Positions 38,171-48,342 of a stretch of 64,000 bases of DNA are shown here, piece by piece; position 1 is the first letter of the stretch, and each line of letters begins with the position of its first letter. The position numbers were made by a program, and so were the translations under genes. The DNA comes from a virus (lineage: Duplodnaviria; Caudoviricetes): IMG/VR virus record IMGVR_UViG_3300027708_000016; one strand, 5' to 3'. The notes below the pieces were generated by a model. The model had not been told where the DNA came from. It did not search any database and saw only the letters and a program-made list of their open reading frames with translations.

Positions 38171-38859
38171 AACTTTATACCGTTTTTACAGAGTCACATT
38201 ATGAAATGTTCAAAGACTATTTTATTAAATCTTTTCCCTTTGACACGAATTTAGAATTAGTAATTAAATTCAAACCACAGGTTTGTGCATCATCAGAGTT
38301 CCAAAGTGAAGGGTGGAGAGATACTATGAAATATAAAGTTCAATGTTTCATTGATGCTGCATATGAAACAAAAGATGGCGAATGTTTTATGTTTTCAGAC
38401 CCAGATATACAATTTTTTAAACCATTCCATGATGATGTTGTTAAAGAACTAGGTGATTTTGATGCAGCATTCCAAAATGATTATGGTGGCGGTGTTAATA
38501 CGGGATTTTTTATAATGAGATCCACCCCAAAAACTCGTGCATTTTTAAAAACCGTTCAAGGAAATCTTGAAAAATTTCCAGAAGAACAAGTTTGTTTTAA
38601 TTATATAATCAATAACTTTGACAAATTGCCAAAAGTTGCATATAAATGGAAGATGCTACCAAGAGAATATTGGACTTATGGTGAAAAAGCAATACAGATG
38701 GGTGTTAATGGACAACCTTTTAGCACATGGAGTGGAGAAGGAGATTTTGATATTCCTGAGAACATAATAATTCATCATGCTAATTGGGCAACACCATTCA
38801 AAAACAAAATAAAAATTCTTGATGTCGTAAAGGAAAAATACAATGCTAGAAACATTTAA
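38167..38859 (+). CDS. Nucleotide-diphospho-sugar transferase (GT77-like)
   Basis: FMFSDPDIQFF, VNTGFFIMRS, EQVCFN, IHHANW. Confidence 0.75.
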   Translation: MKLYTVFTESHYEMFKDYFIKSFPFDTNLELVIKFKPQVCASSEFQSEGWRDTMKYKVQCFIDAAYETKDGECFMFSDPDIQFFKPFHDDVVKELGDFDAAFQNDYGGGVNTGFFIMRSTPKTRAFLKTVQGNLEKFPEEQVCFNYIINNFDKLPKVAYKWKMLPREYWTYGEKAIQMGVNGQPFSTWSGEGDFDIPENIIIHHANWATPFKNKIKILDVVKEKYNARNI

Positions 38860-39724
38860 AAAATACTGCATCAGGGCAATATACCCACCTTACCCACCTT
38901 ATCATCAAGGTGATTATTTGGAACAATATTTTTTAAAATTTTATTTAAAAAATATAGAAGAATTTAAAAAGCTAGAAAGACAATTTATTCCAGTTTGTTG
39001 GACTGATCTTTATTTAAAAGCTTTACACATAATAAATGATTTAGCGGTTGATTTGTCAAGATTGGATAAAGGTAAAAAATACTTTACCGTATCTCAACAT
39101 GATGATGCACCAGCAGTGCAGTTATTACCACCAGATACGATTAATTTCTCCGCTGGTGGCAATCAACCCAATACCATACCAATTCCATTAATATGTAGCG
39201 CAATACCAAACCCACCAAACCAAAAAAAAGATATATTTTGTAGTTTTGTTGGTAGCGTAACATCACCATCTACAACCTTTGGCGTATTAGCACATGATAT
39301 AAGAATAAAAATGCTCAAAACATTAAAGGATAACCCCGAATATCTTTTAAAACCAAGAAACTGGTCAGAAGATATTAAAAAAGAAAGACAGGATATGTTT
39401 ATAGATATTACTGCTAGAAGTAAATTTACGCTTTGTCCAAGAGGATATGGTGCAACTAGCTATAGAATGTACGAAGCAATGCAGTTGGGTTCTGTTCCAG
39501 TTTACATATACAACGATTTTCCCTTTATACCTTACGCAGACAAGATTAACTGGAACGAAATAGCAGTTTTGATAAACCAAAATGATATGGATAATTTAGA
39601 TGCTATATTAAAATCAATTTCCGATGATCAATACAATCATATGGTTAATAAAATTAAAGAGATATATCCAAAATACTTTACACTTGAGGCAACATGTAAT
39701 AATGTTTTAGAACATTTAAAATGA
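38843..39724 (+). CDS. Exostosin-family glycosyltransferase (GT47-like)
   Basis: IFCSFVGS, SKFTLCPRGYG, RMYEAMQLGSVPVYI. Confidence 0.82.
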   Translation: MLETFKKYCIRAIYPPYPPYHQGDYLEQYFLKFYLKNIEEFKKLERQFIPVCWTDLYLKALHIINDLAVDLSRLDKGKKYFTVSQHDDAPAVQLLPPDTINFSAGGNQPNTIPIPLICSAIPNPPNQKKDIFCSFVGSVTSPSTTFGVLAHDIRIKMLKTLKDNPEYLLKPRNWSEDIKKERQDMFIDITARSKFTLCPRGYGATSYRMYEAMQLGSVPVYIYNDFPFIPYADKINWNEIAVLINQNDMDNLDAILKSISDDQYNHMVNKIKEIYPKYFTLEATCNNVLEHLK

Positions 39725-40482
39725 AAAAAATATTATTTGTAATTGCAAGATATAATGATAATAGGCAGCAAATATTTGATGAAATTATCTCTCCTAGAAA
39801 CAAAGCTTATTGTGATAAGCACGGATTTAAATATATTGTAATTGGTAATTCCGCACCTTTGTTTTTATATAGGCACAATCCCACATGGTGGAAATTTTCT
39901 ATTGTAAAAGATCTTATTGATCAAGGAAAACTAGAAAATGGTGATATCCTTGCTCATATCGATGCTGATATGTATTTTGTTAATGATTCGGTTTCAATTG
40001 AAACACCAAAATCTTTTTCATATGCAATAGATTCTGGTAATACCCATTGCATGGGTTGGTACAGCATAAAAGTTAATGATTGGTCAAAAAAATTAATCAA
40101 TAATATTCTTTCACAAGAAAGATTTAATAAATTACACAATAATGTCACAATACATGACAGATTTAAAACATATTCTAGTTTTTGGAATGAATTTAGAGAG
40201 CAAGCAAGTTGGTATAGTTTAGCAGGAATTAAAAGACATTCCGATAAACCGTTTTGGGAATATCCCAACAATGGTTTTCATAGTGAAATGAATGAAGATG
40301 TAGTCTATTCAATTGATGAATTAAATGAAAATGTTCAAATATTTGATACGGGATTTAATGTAACCGAATGGCAAGGCGAAAGTGGTTGCCAGTTTAATAT
40401 TAATAAAGTTTCAGTCGATAATGTTGTAATTAGACATTTTGCTGGTGGTCAAGATTGGAATAGTGTTAAAAATTGGTTATAA
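39721..40482 (+). CDS. GMA12/MNN10 (GT34)-like glycosyltransferase
   Basis: KAYCDKHGFKY, PTWWKF, HIDADMYF, VIRHFAG. Confidence 0.65.
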   Translation: MKKILFVIARYNDNRQQIFDEIISPRNKAYCDKHGFKYIVIGNSAPLFLYRHNPTWWKFSIVKDLIDQGKLENGDILAHIDADMYFVNDSVSIETPKSFSYAIDSGNTHCMGWYSIKVNDWSKKLINNILSQERFNKLHNNVTIHDRFKTYSSFWNEFREQASWYSLAGIKRHSDKPFWEYPNNGFHSEMNEDVVYSIDELNENVQIFDTGFNVTEWQGESGCQFNINKVSVDNVVIRHFAGGQDWNSVKNWL

Positions 40483-41175
40483 ACCTTTAGATTTTAAAAA
40501 TGGTACAATATAATTGTTATATGTATTATTTGACATTGGGTAATATTCAAAGCAATGAAATTTAAGCATTGTTACTGATGAATTAAGATTAAATGAAAAA
40601 TTATATTTTTCAGAAATTCTTCTTGACCATTCGATATCTTCAGATTGCCCCCAAGTCAATTCCTCATTAAGAGGAATTTCTTTCATAATTTCTTTTTTAG
40701 CAACCCAATATGAACCATTTATATACATCCACTTAGAACATCTATTTTCAAAATAAGGTAATAAATGCTCATGATTAGGTAAACTGTCTTTTGGTAACTC
40801 TTTTGATGAATGCCACAACCAATCTCTATATCTTTGTCCGTTATTTAATATAACATTACTACATACTTTAAAATCATTACCAAATTTTAAATAACCTTCA
40901 TACCAATTATTATCAAAAACATGATAATCATGCATATAAACAATATTATTATATTTTGCATTTTCTGTTATTATATTTTTTTTTCTAGTAGTCCAATTTT
41001 GTTTTATAGATTCATCAAATTCAATAGTTTTAACAAAATTTTCATCTTTAAAATTAGATTTACCAACAATTATAACTTCAAAATTTGGTATTTTTAATTT
41101 TTTAACCGAATCAATAATTGTAGGAATGTATTGATTTGTATGCTCGGTTGTAGTAATTCCAAAAGTAAAATCCAT
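40477..41175 (-). CDS. GT2-like glycosyltransferase
   Basis: FEVIIVG, KKNIITENAKY, VYMHDY, WGQSEDIEWS. Confidence 0.7.
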   Translation of the reverse strand: MDFTFGITTTEHTNQYIPTIIDSVKKLKIPNFEVIIVGKSNFKDENFVKTIEFDESIKQNWTTRKKNIITENAKYNNIVYMHDYHVFDNNWYEGYLKFGNDFKVCSNVILNNGQRYRDWLWHSSKELPKDSLPNHEHLLPYFENRCSKWMYINGSYWVAKKEIMKEIPLNEELTWGQSEDIEWSRRISEKYNFSFNLNSSVTMLKFHCFEYYPMSNNTYNNYIVPFLKSKGL

Positions 41176-41183
41176 AAATTAAT

Positions 41184-41927
41184 TTATATTAGAATCCAAT
41201 TTTTTAAATCCAAAGGTCTTAAATCATGATCATCTGGTTTAGGATTTGGTAAATAGGGCCATTTATTATCGCTTATTGGAAAATATATTTTATCTGCATT
41301 TGATATATATGCTGCAAACCATGAAAAAGTTGATTTTGATATACAGATTTTTTTTGCATTTTTAAGATAAATAAAATCTGACAAAGAATCTAATGATCTT
41401 ATATTACATCCAAGACTACTAAAGTCTTTTAAATAATCGCTATAAGGCTCATCAGTAACAATAGTGCATCGATTTGGCTTTTCCATTAATATAGCTTTTA
41501 AATACAAATTTTTATCAGTTATACTTCCACCACCAGCAAATACATAATCTGTTAAACGTATATGTATTACTAATTCATCATCTAATGGTTTTTCATATTG
41601 ATTTTCGTTTTCAATTTGCAAATAATTTATTACATTCTGTCTTCCTATTTGTTTGAAACATTCATATTTATGTATCATAAAATCAATACACCAACCATTT
41701 TTTGAATTTTTAACATTTTCAAAGAATTTTTCTCTATTATTATTGTAAATTTCACTTGCTGATTTAATATTATCGTGTACTATACCATCTTTTATTTCAT
41801 AGGTGTTTAAAAACCCTTGTATTTTTTCAGGTATAAACTTCATACCAGTTAATTTATGACAATGCATAGCCGCTACGAAATAATGTAGTCTATTACCCAT
41901 TCTACCATCGGATCTTATTGTTATCAT
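41184..41927 (-). CDS. Alpha-1,2-fucosyltransferase-like (GT11)
   Basis: GRMGNRL, VIHIRLTDY, IVTDEP, SKSTFSWFAAYIS. Confidence 0.8.
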   Translation of the reverse strand: MITIRSDGRMGNRLHYFVAAMHCHKLTGMKFIPEKIQGFLNTYEIKDGIVHDNIKSASEIYNNNREKFFENVKNSKNGWCIDFMIHKYECFKQIGRQNVINYLQIENENQYEKPLDDELVIHIRLTDYVFAGGGSITDKNLYLKAILMEKPNRCTIVTDEPYSDYLKDFSSLGCNIRSLDSLSDFIYLKNAKKICISKSTFSWFAAYISNADKIYFPISDNKWPYLPNPKPDDHDLRPLDLKNWILI

Positions 41928-41972
41928 TTTATTAAATAGTATTAAAATTTATAATGTAACATCAATTATATT

Positions 41973-42671
41973 TTAAACCCATACTCTAAAAGATAATCTT
42001 CTATTTCTAAAATTTAAAAAATCACTTGGTTCAATAAATTCTATATTTCCTGCGATATGATTAAGCATATGTGCATCAAATTGCTCATTGTTTACGGAGT
42101 TTTCGCAAAAATGTTTAATTTGATCATCAGATAAATCTTTTAATTTTAAAAAATTATTATAAGAAGTAATAAAAAAATGGCTACTTGTTTCTGTTCTATT
42201 AAACTGTTTGTCTCCTATATGGAAACATGGTGATACGTTGGCATTTTCATTAAAAAATTTCTCAGCATCTTTAATTCTTACAAAATTATCATGTCTAGAT
42301 CTAATGATATAATCATATTTTTTATTGTTTTCTTTTAGATATTTAGCAATATAAATCAAATTGTATGCAAAAAAAGGAAATCCATCATCACGACATTGAT
42401 GATATTGACTCATATCTTTCTGTTCCAAAAAAATTGGAATATCAACAACATCTTTTATTTGTTCATTTAAAAGGTTGATATCATAATCATAAAGATAATT
42501 TGCGCCTTCGTTTACTTTATGATTGCTATAGGTTCCTTTTTTGGGATACCAAGTTAAAAAAATAACTTCGACATCATGAGTCGGAAAGCAATCCTTTAAT
42601 GCTTGAATATTGGTTTTAATATCATCTAAACACTCTCTAATTGCGCCTACAAAAATCAATCCTAATTTCAT
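41973..42671 (-). CDS. Glycosyltransferase-like protein (WavE-type pattern)
   Basis: LIFVGAIR, VIFLTW, YDYIIRSRHD; late TAAATA box at 42678-42683. Confidence 0.5.
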   Translation of the reverse strand: MKLGLIFVGAIRECLDDIKTNIQALKDCFPTHDVEVIFLTWYPKKGTYSNHKVNEGANYLYDYDINLLNEQIKDVVDIPIFLEQKDMSQYHQCRDDGFPFFAYNLIYIAKYLKENNKKYDYIIRSRHDNFVRIKDAEKFFNENANVSPCFHIGDKQFNRTETSSHFFITSYNNFLKLKDLSDDQIKHFCENSVNNEQFDAHMLNHIAGNIEFIEPSDFLNFRNRRLSFRVWV

Positions 42672-42722
42672 TGATAATATTTATCACATGTTGATTTTTT
42701 TCAAGTATTGATATTTATTGTA

Positions 42723-43472
42723 ATGGAAAGTGATATTAACATATTGATACCAATGGCAGGATTAGGCAGCAGATTTGCACATACCCATCCCAACCAATTA
42801 AAACCACTAATTGATGTTTGTGGGGTGGCAATGATTAAAAGAGTAATTGAAAATTTAAATCAAAGCCAAAACGCAAATTTTATATTTGTGATACCTAATA
42901 TTTTGAAAAATAACAAGGATTTTTTTAATATATTAAATGAATCAAACATAAAATACAAAATATTAGTAACAGAAACCCTTACGGAAGGACCCGCTTGCAC
43001 GGCTTTATTAGCAAAAGATTTTATAAACAACAACACGCCATTAATAATAACTAATTGTGATCAATACATTGCAGATTTCAGTTTAAATGACCTATTAACT
43101 TTTTCAAAAATAAACAATGCACATGGAGTTGTTGGTGTATTCCATTCTAATTCGAATAAAAATAGTTATATTAAACTAGGAAATGATTTAAGAATACAGG
43201 AAATTAGAGAAAAAATTGTCATTAGTAATATTGCAACTAATGGTTTGCATTTTTGGTCTAAAGGTGTTTATTTTGTTGAGTCGGCAGAAAAAATGATTTC
43301 TAAAAATGAAAAATATAATAATGAATATTATATAGCACCTTCTTATAATAATATGATAACAGATAACAAAAATATTTTACCATACTATTATAATTTACAT
43401 TTTCCAATCGGAACGCCCGACGATTTAAACATTTTTGTAAATGAAGTATTTAAAACTATAAAACACAAATGA
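42723..43472 (+). CDS. Sugar-phosphate nucleotidyltransferase (BcbE-like capsule type)
   Basis: ILIPMAGLGSRF, KPLIDV, TEGPACTAL, IITNCDQ, EIREK, NNEYYIAPSYN, IGTPDDL. Confidence 0.88.
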   Translation: MESDINILIPMAGLGSRFAHTHPNQLKPLIDVCGVAMIKRVIENLNQSQNANFIFVIPNILKNNKDFFNILNESNIKYKILVTETLTEGPACTALLAKDFINNNTPLIITNCDQYIADFSLNDLLTFSKINNAHGVVGVFHSNSNKNSYIKLGNDLRIQEIREKIVISNIATNGLHFWSKGVYFVESAEKMISKNEKYNNEYYIAPSYNNMITDNKNILPYYYNLHFPIGTPDDLNIFVNEVFKTIKHK

Positions 43473-44356
43473 AAAAATTAAAAATAAACTTTGTAGACTT
43501 TTGGCCCAACCTATTTAAAGATGATAATTACTTCTATAATCTTTTAAAAACAAAATATGATGTTGAAATAGATGAAGAAAACCCTGATATATTATTTTTT
43601 TCGGTTGATTACAATAACGAAAGAAACAGGGATAGATATAAAAACTGTTTAAAAATCTTTTATACGGGTGAAAACGTTGAACCAAATTGGAATGAATGCG
43701 ATTTAGCTTATACTTTCAGACATTCAAATGATCCAAGGGAATATCGTTTGCCTTTATGGGCATTGCATTTGAATTGGTTTAATAGACCCTATATCGCAGA
43801 AAGAGATCATGCTTATTTACACGATTTAGAGTCATTTTTAGATAAAACCAAAATTAAAAAACTAAACAAAACTGGTTTTTGTTCATTTGTTGCATCACAA
43901 CCCAAAGGAAAAAGAGTTGATTTTGTTCCAAAGCTTTTTAATTACAAACCAGTACATTGCGCAGGACGTTTATATAATAACATAGGTGATGTTTTAGTTT
44001 GTAGAGGTGACCAAATAGAAAAAATAAACTTTTTAAAAAAATTTAAATTTAATATCGCAATGGAAAACACATCTTGTCAAGGTTATTGCACAGAAAAAAT
44101 AATACATTCAATGTTTGGAATGAATATTCCCATATATTGGGGATCAACATCTGTTGAAAGCGATTTTAATCCAGAATCCTTTATTAATTGTCATAATTTT
44201 TCTTCTGATGAAGAAATTATAGAAAAAATTAAAGAATTGGACATGGATGTAGAAAAATATGTTGATATGTTAAAAAAACCTTGGTTTAAAGATGGTAAAA
44301 TTCCAGATTCCGTTCAACCTGATAATGTTATATCTTTAATATCTAATAAAATATAA
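43469..44356 (+). CDS. Alpha-1,3-fucosyltransferase-like (GT10)
   Basis: KIFYTGEN, FCSFVAS, KFKFNIAMENTSCQGYCTEKI, PIYWG. Confidence 0.88.
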   Translation: MKKLKINFVDFWPNLFKDDNYFYNLLKTKYDVEIDEENPDILFFSVDYNNERNRDRYKNCLKIFYTGENVEPNWNECDLAYTFRHSNDPREYRLPLWALHLNWFNRPYIAERDHAYLHDLESFLDKTKIKKLNKTGFCSFVASQPKGKRVDFVPKLFNYKPVHCAGRLYNNIGDVLVCRGDQIEKINFLKKFKFNIAMENTSCQGYCTEKIIHSMFGMNIPIYWGSTSVESDFNPESFINCHNFSSDEEIIEKIKELDMDVEKYVDMLKKPWFKDGKIPDSVQPDNVISLISNKI

Positions 44357-45051
44357 TGAAACCTGATAAAATTTATATAATTCATTATACTAAATTAAAA
44401 GACAGGTATTCAAATTTAATTTCAATTTTAGAAAAATCTAAAATACCTTTTGAATTTATAACACAATATGATAAAGAAGATTTAAAAGAAGATATATTAA
44501 ATAAATTTTATCTACCAAATCCCGAAAAATTTACAAACAAAATTAAACCTTTATGGGATTGTAATATAAATACATTCAGAGTTTTAAGTTCTTCAGAATT
44601 GTCTTGCGCAATTAAACAACTAACTGCTATTAAAAAATTATCTCAAGAGTGTAAAAATTTTGGCATGATCTTAGAAGATGACATTATGTTCGATACGAAT
44701 TTTAATTTACTTTTTAAAAAGTATATCCAAGAAACACCAAACGATTGGGATGCTATTTTTTTAGGTGAAGGTTGCGGTTTTGAATTTCAAAAGTATAAAT
44801 TATCAACAAGTATAAGAAAGAGTGAAAATTCTTATCTAGTCAATAATCCCGCTACAAACTGCGCCGAAGCATATTTATTAAAACCTGATATTGCATCTAA
44901 AATATATGAATCATCATTACCGTTTCAATTAGCTTTTGATTGGGAACTTGCATATCAGTTATATAAATTGAAAGCTAAAACATATTGGTGGTTCCCATCA
45001 ATTGCAAAACAAGGTTCCAGAACAGGACAATATCAATCATCCTTAAGATAA
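44356..45051 (+). CDS. Glycosyltransferase, GT25-like
   Basis: KIYIIHYTKLKDR, SELSCAIKQ, MILEDDI, AEAYLL, AFDWEL. Confidence 0.75.
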   Translation: MKPDKIYIIHYTKLKDRYSNLISILEKSKIPFEFITQYDKEDLKEDILNKFYLPNPEKFTNKIKPLWDCNINTFRVLSSSELSCAIKQLTAIKKLSQECKNFGMILEDDIMFDTNFNLLFKKYIQETPNDWDAIFLGEGCGFEFQKYKLSTSIRKSENSYLVNNPATNCAEAYLLKPDIASKIYESSLPFQLAFDWELAYQLYKLKAKTYWWFPSIAKQGSRTGQYQSSLR

Positions 45052-45052
45052 A

Positions 45053-45778
45053 ATGAGAATAGCAATTTGTTTATCAGGGTTAACTAGATCCATGTGGTAT
45101 TGTTTTCCTGTATTAAAAGAATATATAATAAACGAATTAAATGCAGATGTTTTCTTACATACTTGGGAAATAGATAACGGTGGGCAAACTCCATGCGATG
45201 ATGCAGCAAAATCATGTTCCATCGAAGAAAAAAAAGAATATATTGAAAACAGAATAAAACCAAAAAGATACGTAATAGAAAATTACAACGATTTTTTACA
45301 AAAATACCCAAGCCAAACTCATCCATCAACTGCTCCCATGTATTATTCAATCATGAAGTCTAATGCCCTAAAAAAAGAATATGAATTGGAAAATAATTTT
45401 AAATATGATGTTGTTTTTAGGATAAGAATGGACGTAATGTTTGATACTACGATTGATAAAGAAGAATTAAAAAACGTCATAGAGCAAAAAAAACTATATA
45501 TAGGTTACCATAGTGTAGATAAAATTGAATCTCAACCAAAAATAAGTGATTTTTTTGCTTTTTCAACTTCTGAAAACATGGATTATTATTCGGATGCATT
45601 CAAATTATGGGAAAATAATAGATATTTAAATGGAGAAGATGTATTGAATACACATATATTAAATGCAAATTTAAAATATAAATGGACTAACACGAAAATG
45701 AAATTAACCTACCGTTGGCAAACGTGTAGAGCATATTTCGCCTATGCATATAGACAAAATTTTGCATATCAGGATTGA
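45053..45778 (+). CDS. Glycosyltransferase-like protein (WavE-type pattern)
   Basis: MRIAICLSG, DVFLHTW, MYYSI, KYDVVFRIRMD, SDFFAF. Confidence 0.55.
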   Translation: MRIAICLSGLTRSMWYCFPVLKEYIINELNADVFLHTWEIDNGGQTPCDDAAKSCSIEEKKEYIENRIKPKRYVIENYNDFLQKYPSQTHPSTAPMYYSIMKSNALKKEYELENNFKYDVVFRIRMDVMFDTTIDKEELKNVIEQKKLYIGYHSVDKIESQPKISDFFAFSTSENMDYYSDAFKLWENNRYLNGEDVLNTHILNANLKYKWTNTKMKLTYRWQTCRAYFAYAYRQNFAYQD

Positions 45779-45810
45779 TTTTTTAAAATTTTATTATATA
45801 ATTCTTTTAC

Positions 45811-46773
45811 ATGAAAAAAATTGCTTTTTATTTGCCGCATATTGATATACAAGGAACAGGGGTGTCAGTTTTAGATTATTGTAAATTTAATCAAGAAATT
45901 CTTGGTAATAAATCATTTATGATTCATGATTTAAATCATCCAGCCAATCATGAACTAGCCATTGAAAAATTTAAAAATAATAATATAGAAATAATATCTT
46001 TGAAGGGTAACGAAGATACGAATGAATTGGAAAGAAAATTGGACGAACTCAAAGTTGATGCAGTTTACATTCAAAAAACAGGAAGAAAGGATGACGGCAG
46101 ATTTGCTAAAAATAAACCTTCATTCATACATGTAATAGGAACCCAAAATGATCCTCACGGGACAGTCTATGCTTATGCTAGTGAATGGTTAAATCAGCAT
46201 TGCACAGGGGGAACTTATCCAGTTGTTCCTTATATGGTTCATCTACCTGAACACCATGACAATTTTAGAGATAAACTAAAACTACCCGAAAATGCAATAG
46301 TTTTTGGTAGAACAGGTGGAATATATTCTTGGAACATGCCTTGGGTTAGTCAGACTATAGAAAAAGCACTCTCGTTAAGAGATGATATATACTTTTTATT
46401 CGTACAGACCCCTCAATTTATAAAACACGAAAGAGTTATATATACAAGTCCATTTTCTGACCTTTATATAAAAAGAAAATTCATTAACACATGTGATGCA
46501 ATGATTCACGCAAGAGCAGAAGGCGAATCATTTGGTATGGCTTGTGCAGAATTTTCTTATAGTAATAAACCAGTTATAACATATAGTAATTCACCAGAAA
46601 GAAATCATATTTACGTTTTAAAGGATAAAGGTTTATATTATGATTCTCCTCAAACACTGTTAGATATACTTTTAAAATTTGAAATTCAAGATAAAGATTG
46701 GAATGCCTATCGTGAATTTACGCCAGAATCAGTAATTAACCAATTCAAAAAGGTTTTTATTGATAAAATATGA
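45811..46773 (+). CDS. GT-B glycosyltransferase (GT4-like)
   Basis: GTGVSVLDY, VFGRTGG, DAMIHARAEGESFGMACAEFS. Promoter TTGATT-N16-TATAAT at 45775-45802. Confidence 0.8.
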   Translation: MKKIAFYLPHIDIQGTGVSVLDYCKFNQEILGNKSFMIHDLNHPANHELAIEKFKNNNIEIISLKGNEDTNELERKLDELKVDAVYIQKTGRKDDGRFAKNKPSFIHVIGTQNDPHGTVYAYASEWLNQHCTGGTYPVVPYMVHLPEHHDNFRDKLKLPENAIVFGRTGGIYSWNMPWVSQTIEKALSLRDDIYFLFVQTPQFIKHERVIYTSPFSDLYIKRKFINTCDAMIHARAEGESFGMACAEFSYSNKPVITYSNSPERNHIYVLKDKGLYYDSPQTLLDILLKFEIQDKDWNAYREFTPESVINQFKKVFIDKI

Positions 46774-47090
46774 AAATTCTAAATATAGAAGATTTTATAG
46801 GTGGATGGTTCATTGGAGATTTTGAACCATCGGTTTTAAAAACCAAAGATTTTGAAGTTTGTTTTAAAAAACATGTTAAGGATGAAATTTGGCCCAAACA
46901 TTATCATCGAATAGCAACCGAAATTAATTATTTGATTAAAGGTGAAATGATAATACAGGGTAAACTACTAAAAACGGGTAATATTTTTATCTTAGAACCA
47001 AATGAATGGGCTAATCCAGTATTTTTACAAGATTGTGAACTTATAGTAGTAAAAACACCTTCTATAAAAGGTGATAAATATGAAAATTAA
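46770..47090 (+). CDS. Cupin-fold protein
   Basis: GGWFIGDFEP, cupin metal motif HYHRIATEINYLIKG, FILEPNE. Confidence 0.8.
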   Translation: MKILNIEDFIGGWFIGDFEPSVLKTKDFEVCFKKHVKDEIWPKHYHRIATEINYLIKGEMIIQGKLLKTGNIFILEPNEWANPVFLQDCELIVVKTPSIKGDKYEN

Positions 47091-47118
47091 TTGACTTTTT
47101 TACTATTTATTATATAAT
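47091..47118 (+). promoter_or_regulatory. Sigma70-like promoter TTGACT-N16-TATAAT of the RuBisCO-like gene
   Basis: Near-consensus boxes ending 9 nt before the ATG at 47128. Confidence 0.7.
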
Positions 47119-47127
47119 ATTATTATT

Positions 47128-48342
47128 ATGCTTAAATACGACATTTTTAAACCAGAATACAAATTAGACTCTTCCTTCTTTGCTAATTATTTTATTGTAA
47201 CATACTTAATTGGTTCAAAAACCGATTTAAAAGATGCCGCATGGAATCTAGCTATCGGGCAATCAATTGGAAATCCAAGTAAGCGTTCCGAATTTGAGAG
47301 CCAAGATTTGATTGACAATCATTGTGCTATTATTTTACATGATGAAAAATCCTTAGAGAATCTTAAAGAAGGTATTGTTAAGATTGCTTTTGCTGAAGCA
47401 AATATTAACTTTAAAACGGACGGAGTATCCCAATTGCTAGTCCAAATAATGGGAGGTCAATGTGACATTGATATTTTTGAAAAGTGTGTTATTAAAGATA
47501 TAAAATTAACTCCAAATATGGAGAACTGTTTGCAGGGACCTAAAATTGGTCTAAAAGAAATGAGAGAATATTGTGGTGTATCACAGGAAAAGCCTTTATT
47601 TGGTGGGATTGTGAAACCAAAAGTTGGTCTTTCGCCACAAAAAAATCTTGATTTGGTAAAAAAACTCATTGATGGCGGCTGTAACTTCATAAAAGAAGAT
47701 GAAATTCTTTCAGATCCCGATCATTGTAGAATTGAAGATCGTGTTCCCCCTGTAATGGATTATATTAAAAGCACTAATGCAAAAGTTTATTACGCAGTTT
47801 CAATCCATTCCGATCCTGCACACATTTTAAATCGTGTTAAGCAAGTTTATGAATTGGGTGGAAATGCTGTTCATGTAAATTTCCATTGTGGATTAGGTGT
47901 TTATAAGTCTATTAGAGAACTTGATTTACCAATTCTAGTTCACTTCCAGAAAAGCGGTGATAAAATTTTAAATTGTTATGATCATAAATTTGCAATTGAT
48001 CAAGATGTAATCTTTAAACTTGTTGGGCAAAGTGGCTGTTCGACGCTTCATGCTGGTATGATCGGTGGATACATGGATAATGAAACACAGGCGGTAAAGA
48101 AGACTATTTCCATGTTGAATGATATAAATTGCGTCCCAGCTTTAAGTTGTGGAATGCACCCAGGTTTAATTGATTATATTTTAGATGTGGTTGGACATAG
48201 CAACTGGATGGCAAATGTCGGCGGTGCATTAACATCACATCCAAGTGGTACTTTGGCAGGTACAAAGGCTATGAGACAAGCAATCGATAAGAATTACGGG
48301 GATGAATATCATCAAGCCATTGAAAAATGGGGTAAGAAATGA
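47128..48342 (+). CDS. RuBisCO-like protein (form IV, non-carboxylating)
   Basis: GGIVKPKVGL (K175/K177), FIKEDE (K201/D203/E204), TLHAG, PALSCG, NVGG...HPSG; 404 aa. Confidence 0.92.
   Translation: MLKYDIFKPEYKLDSSFFANYFIVTYLIGSKTDLKDAAWNLAIGQSIGNPSKRSEFESQDLIDNHCAIILHDEKSLENLKEGIVKIAFAEANINFKTDGVSQLLVQIMGGQCDIDIFEKCVIKDIKLTPNMENCLQGPKIGLKEMREYCGVSQEKPLFGGIVKPKVGLSPQKNLDLVKKLIDGGCNFIKEDEILSDPDHCRIEDRVPPVMDYIKSTNAKVYYAVSIHSDPAHILNRVKQVYELGGNAVHVNFHCGLGVYKSIRELDLPILVHFQKSGDKILNCYDHKFAIDQDVIFKLVGQSGCSTLHAGMIGGYMDNETQAVKKTISMLNDINCVPALSCGMHPGLIDYILDVVGHSNWMANVGGALTSHPSGTLAGTKAMRQAIDKNYGDEYHQAIEKWGKK

Noticed and set aside
47128-48342. RuBisCO as a carbon-fixation auxiliary gene
   Set aside because: E60, N123, H294 and K334 equivalents appear substituted, there is no small subunit or phosphoribulokinase in the window, and the context is glycan synthesis.
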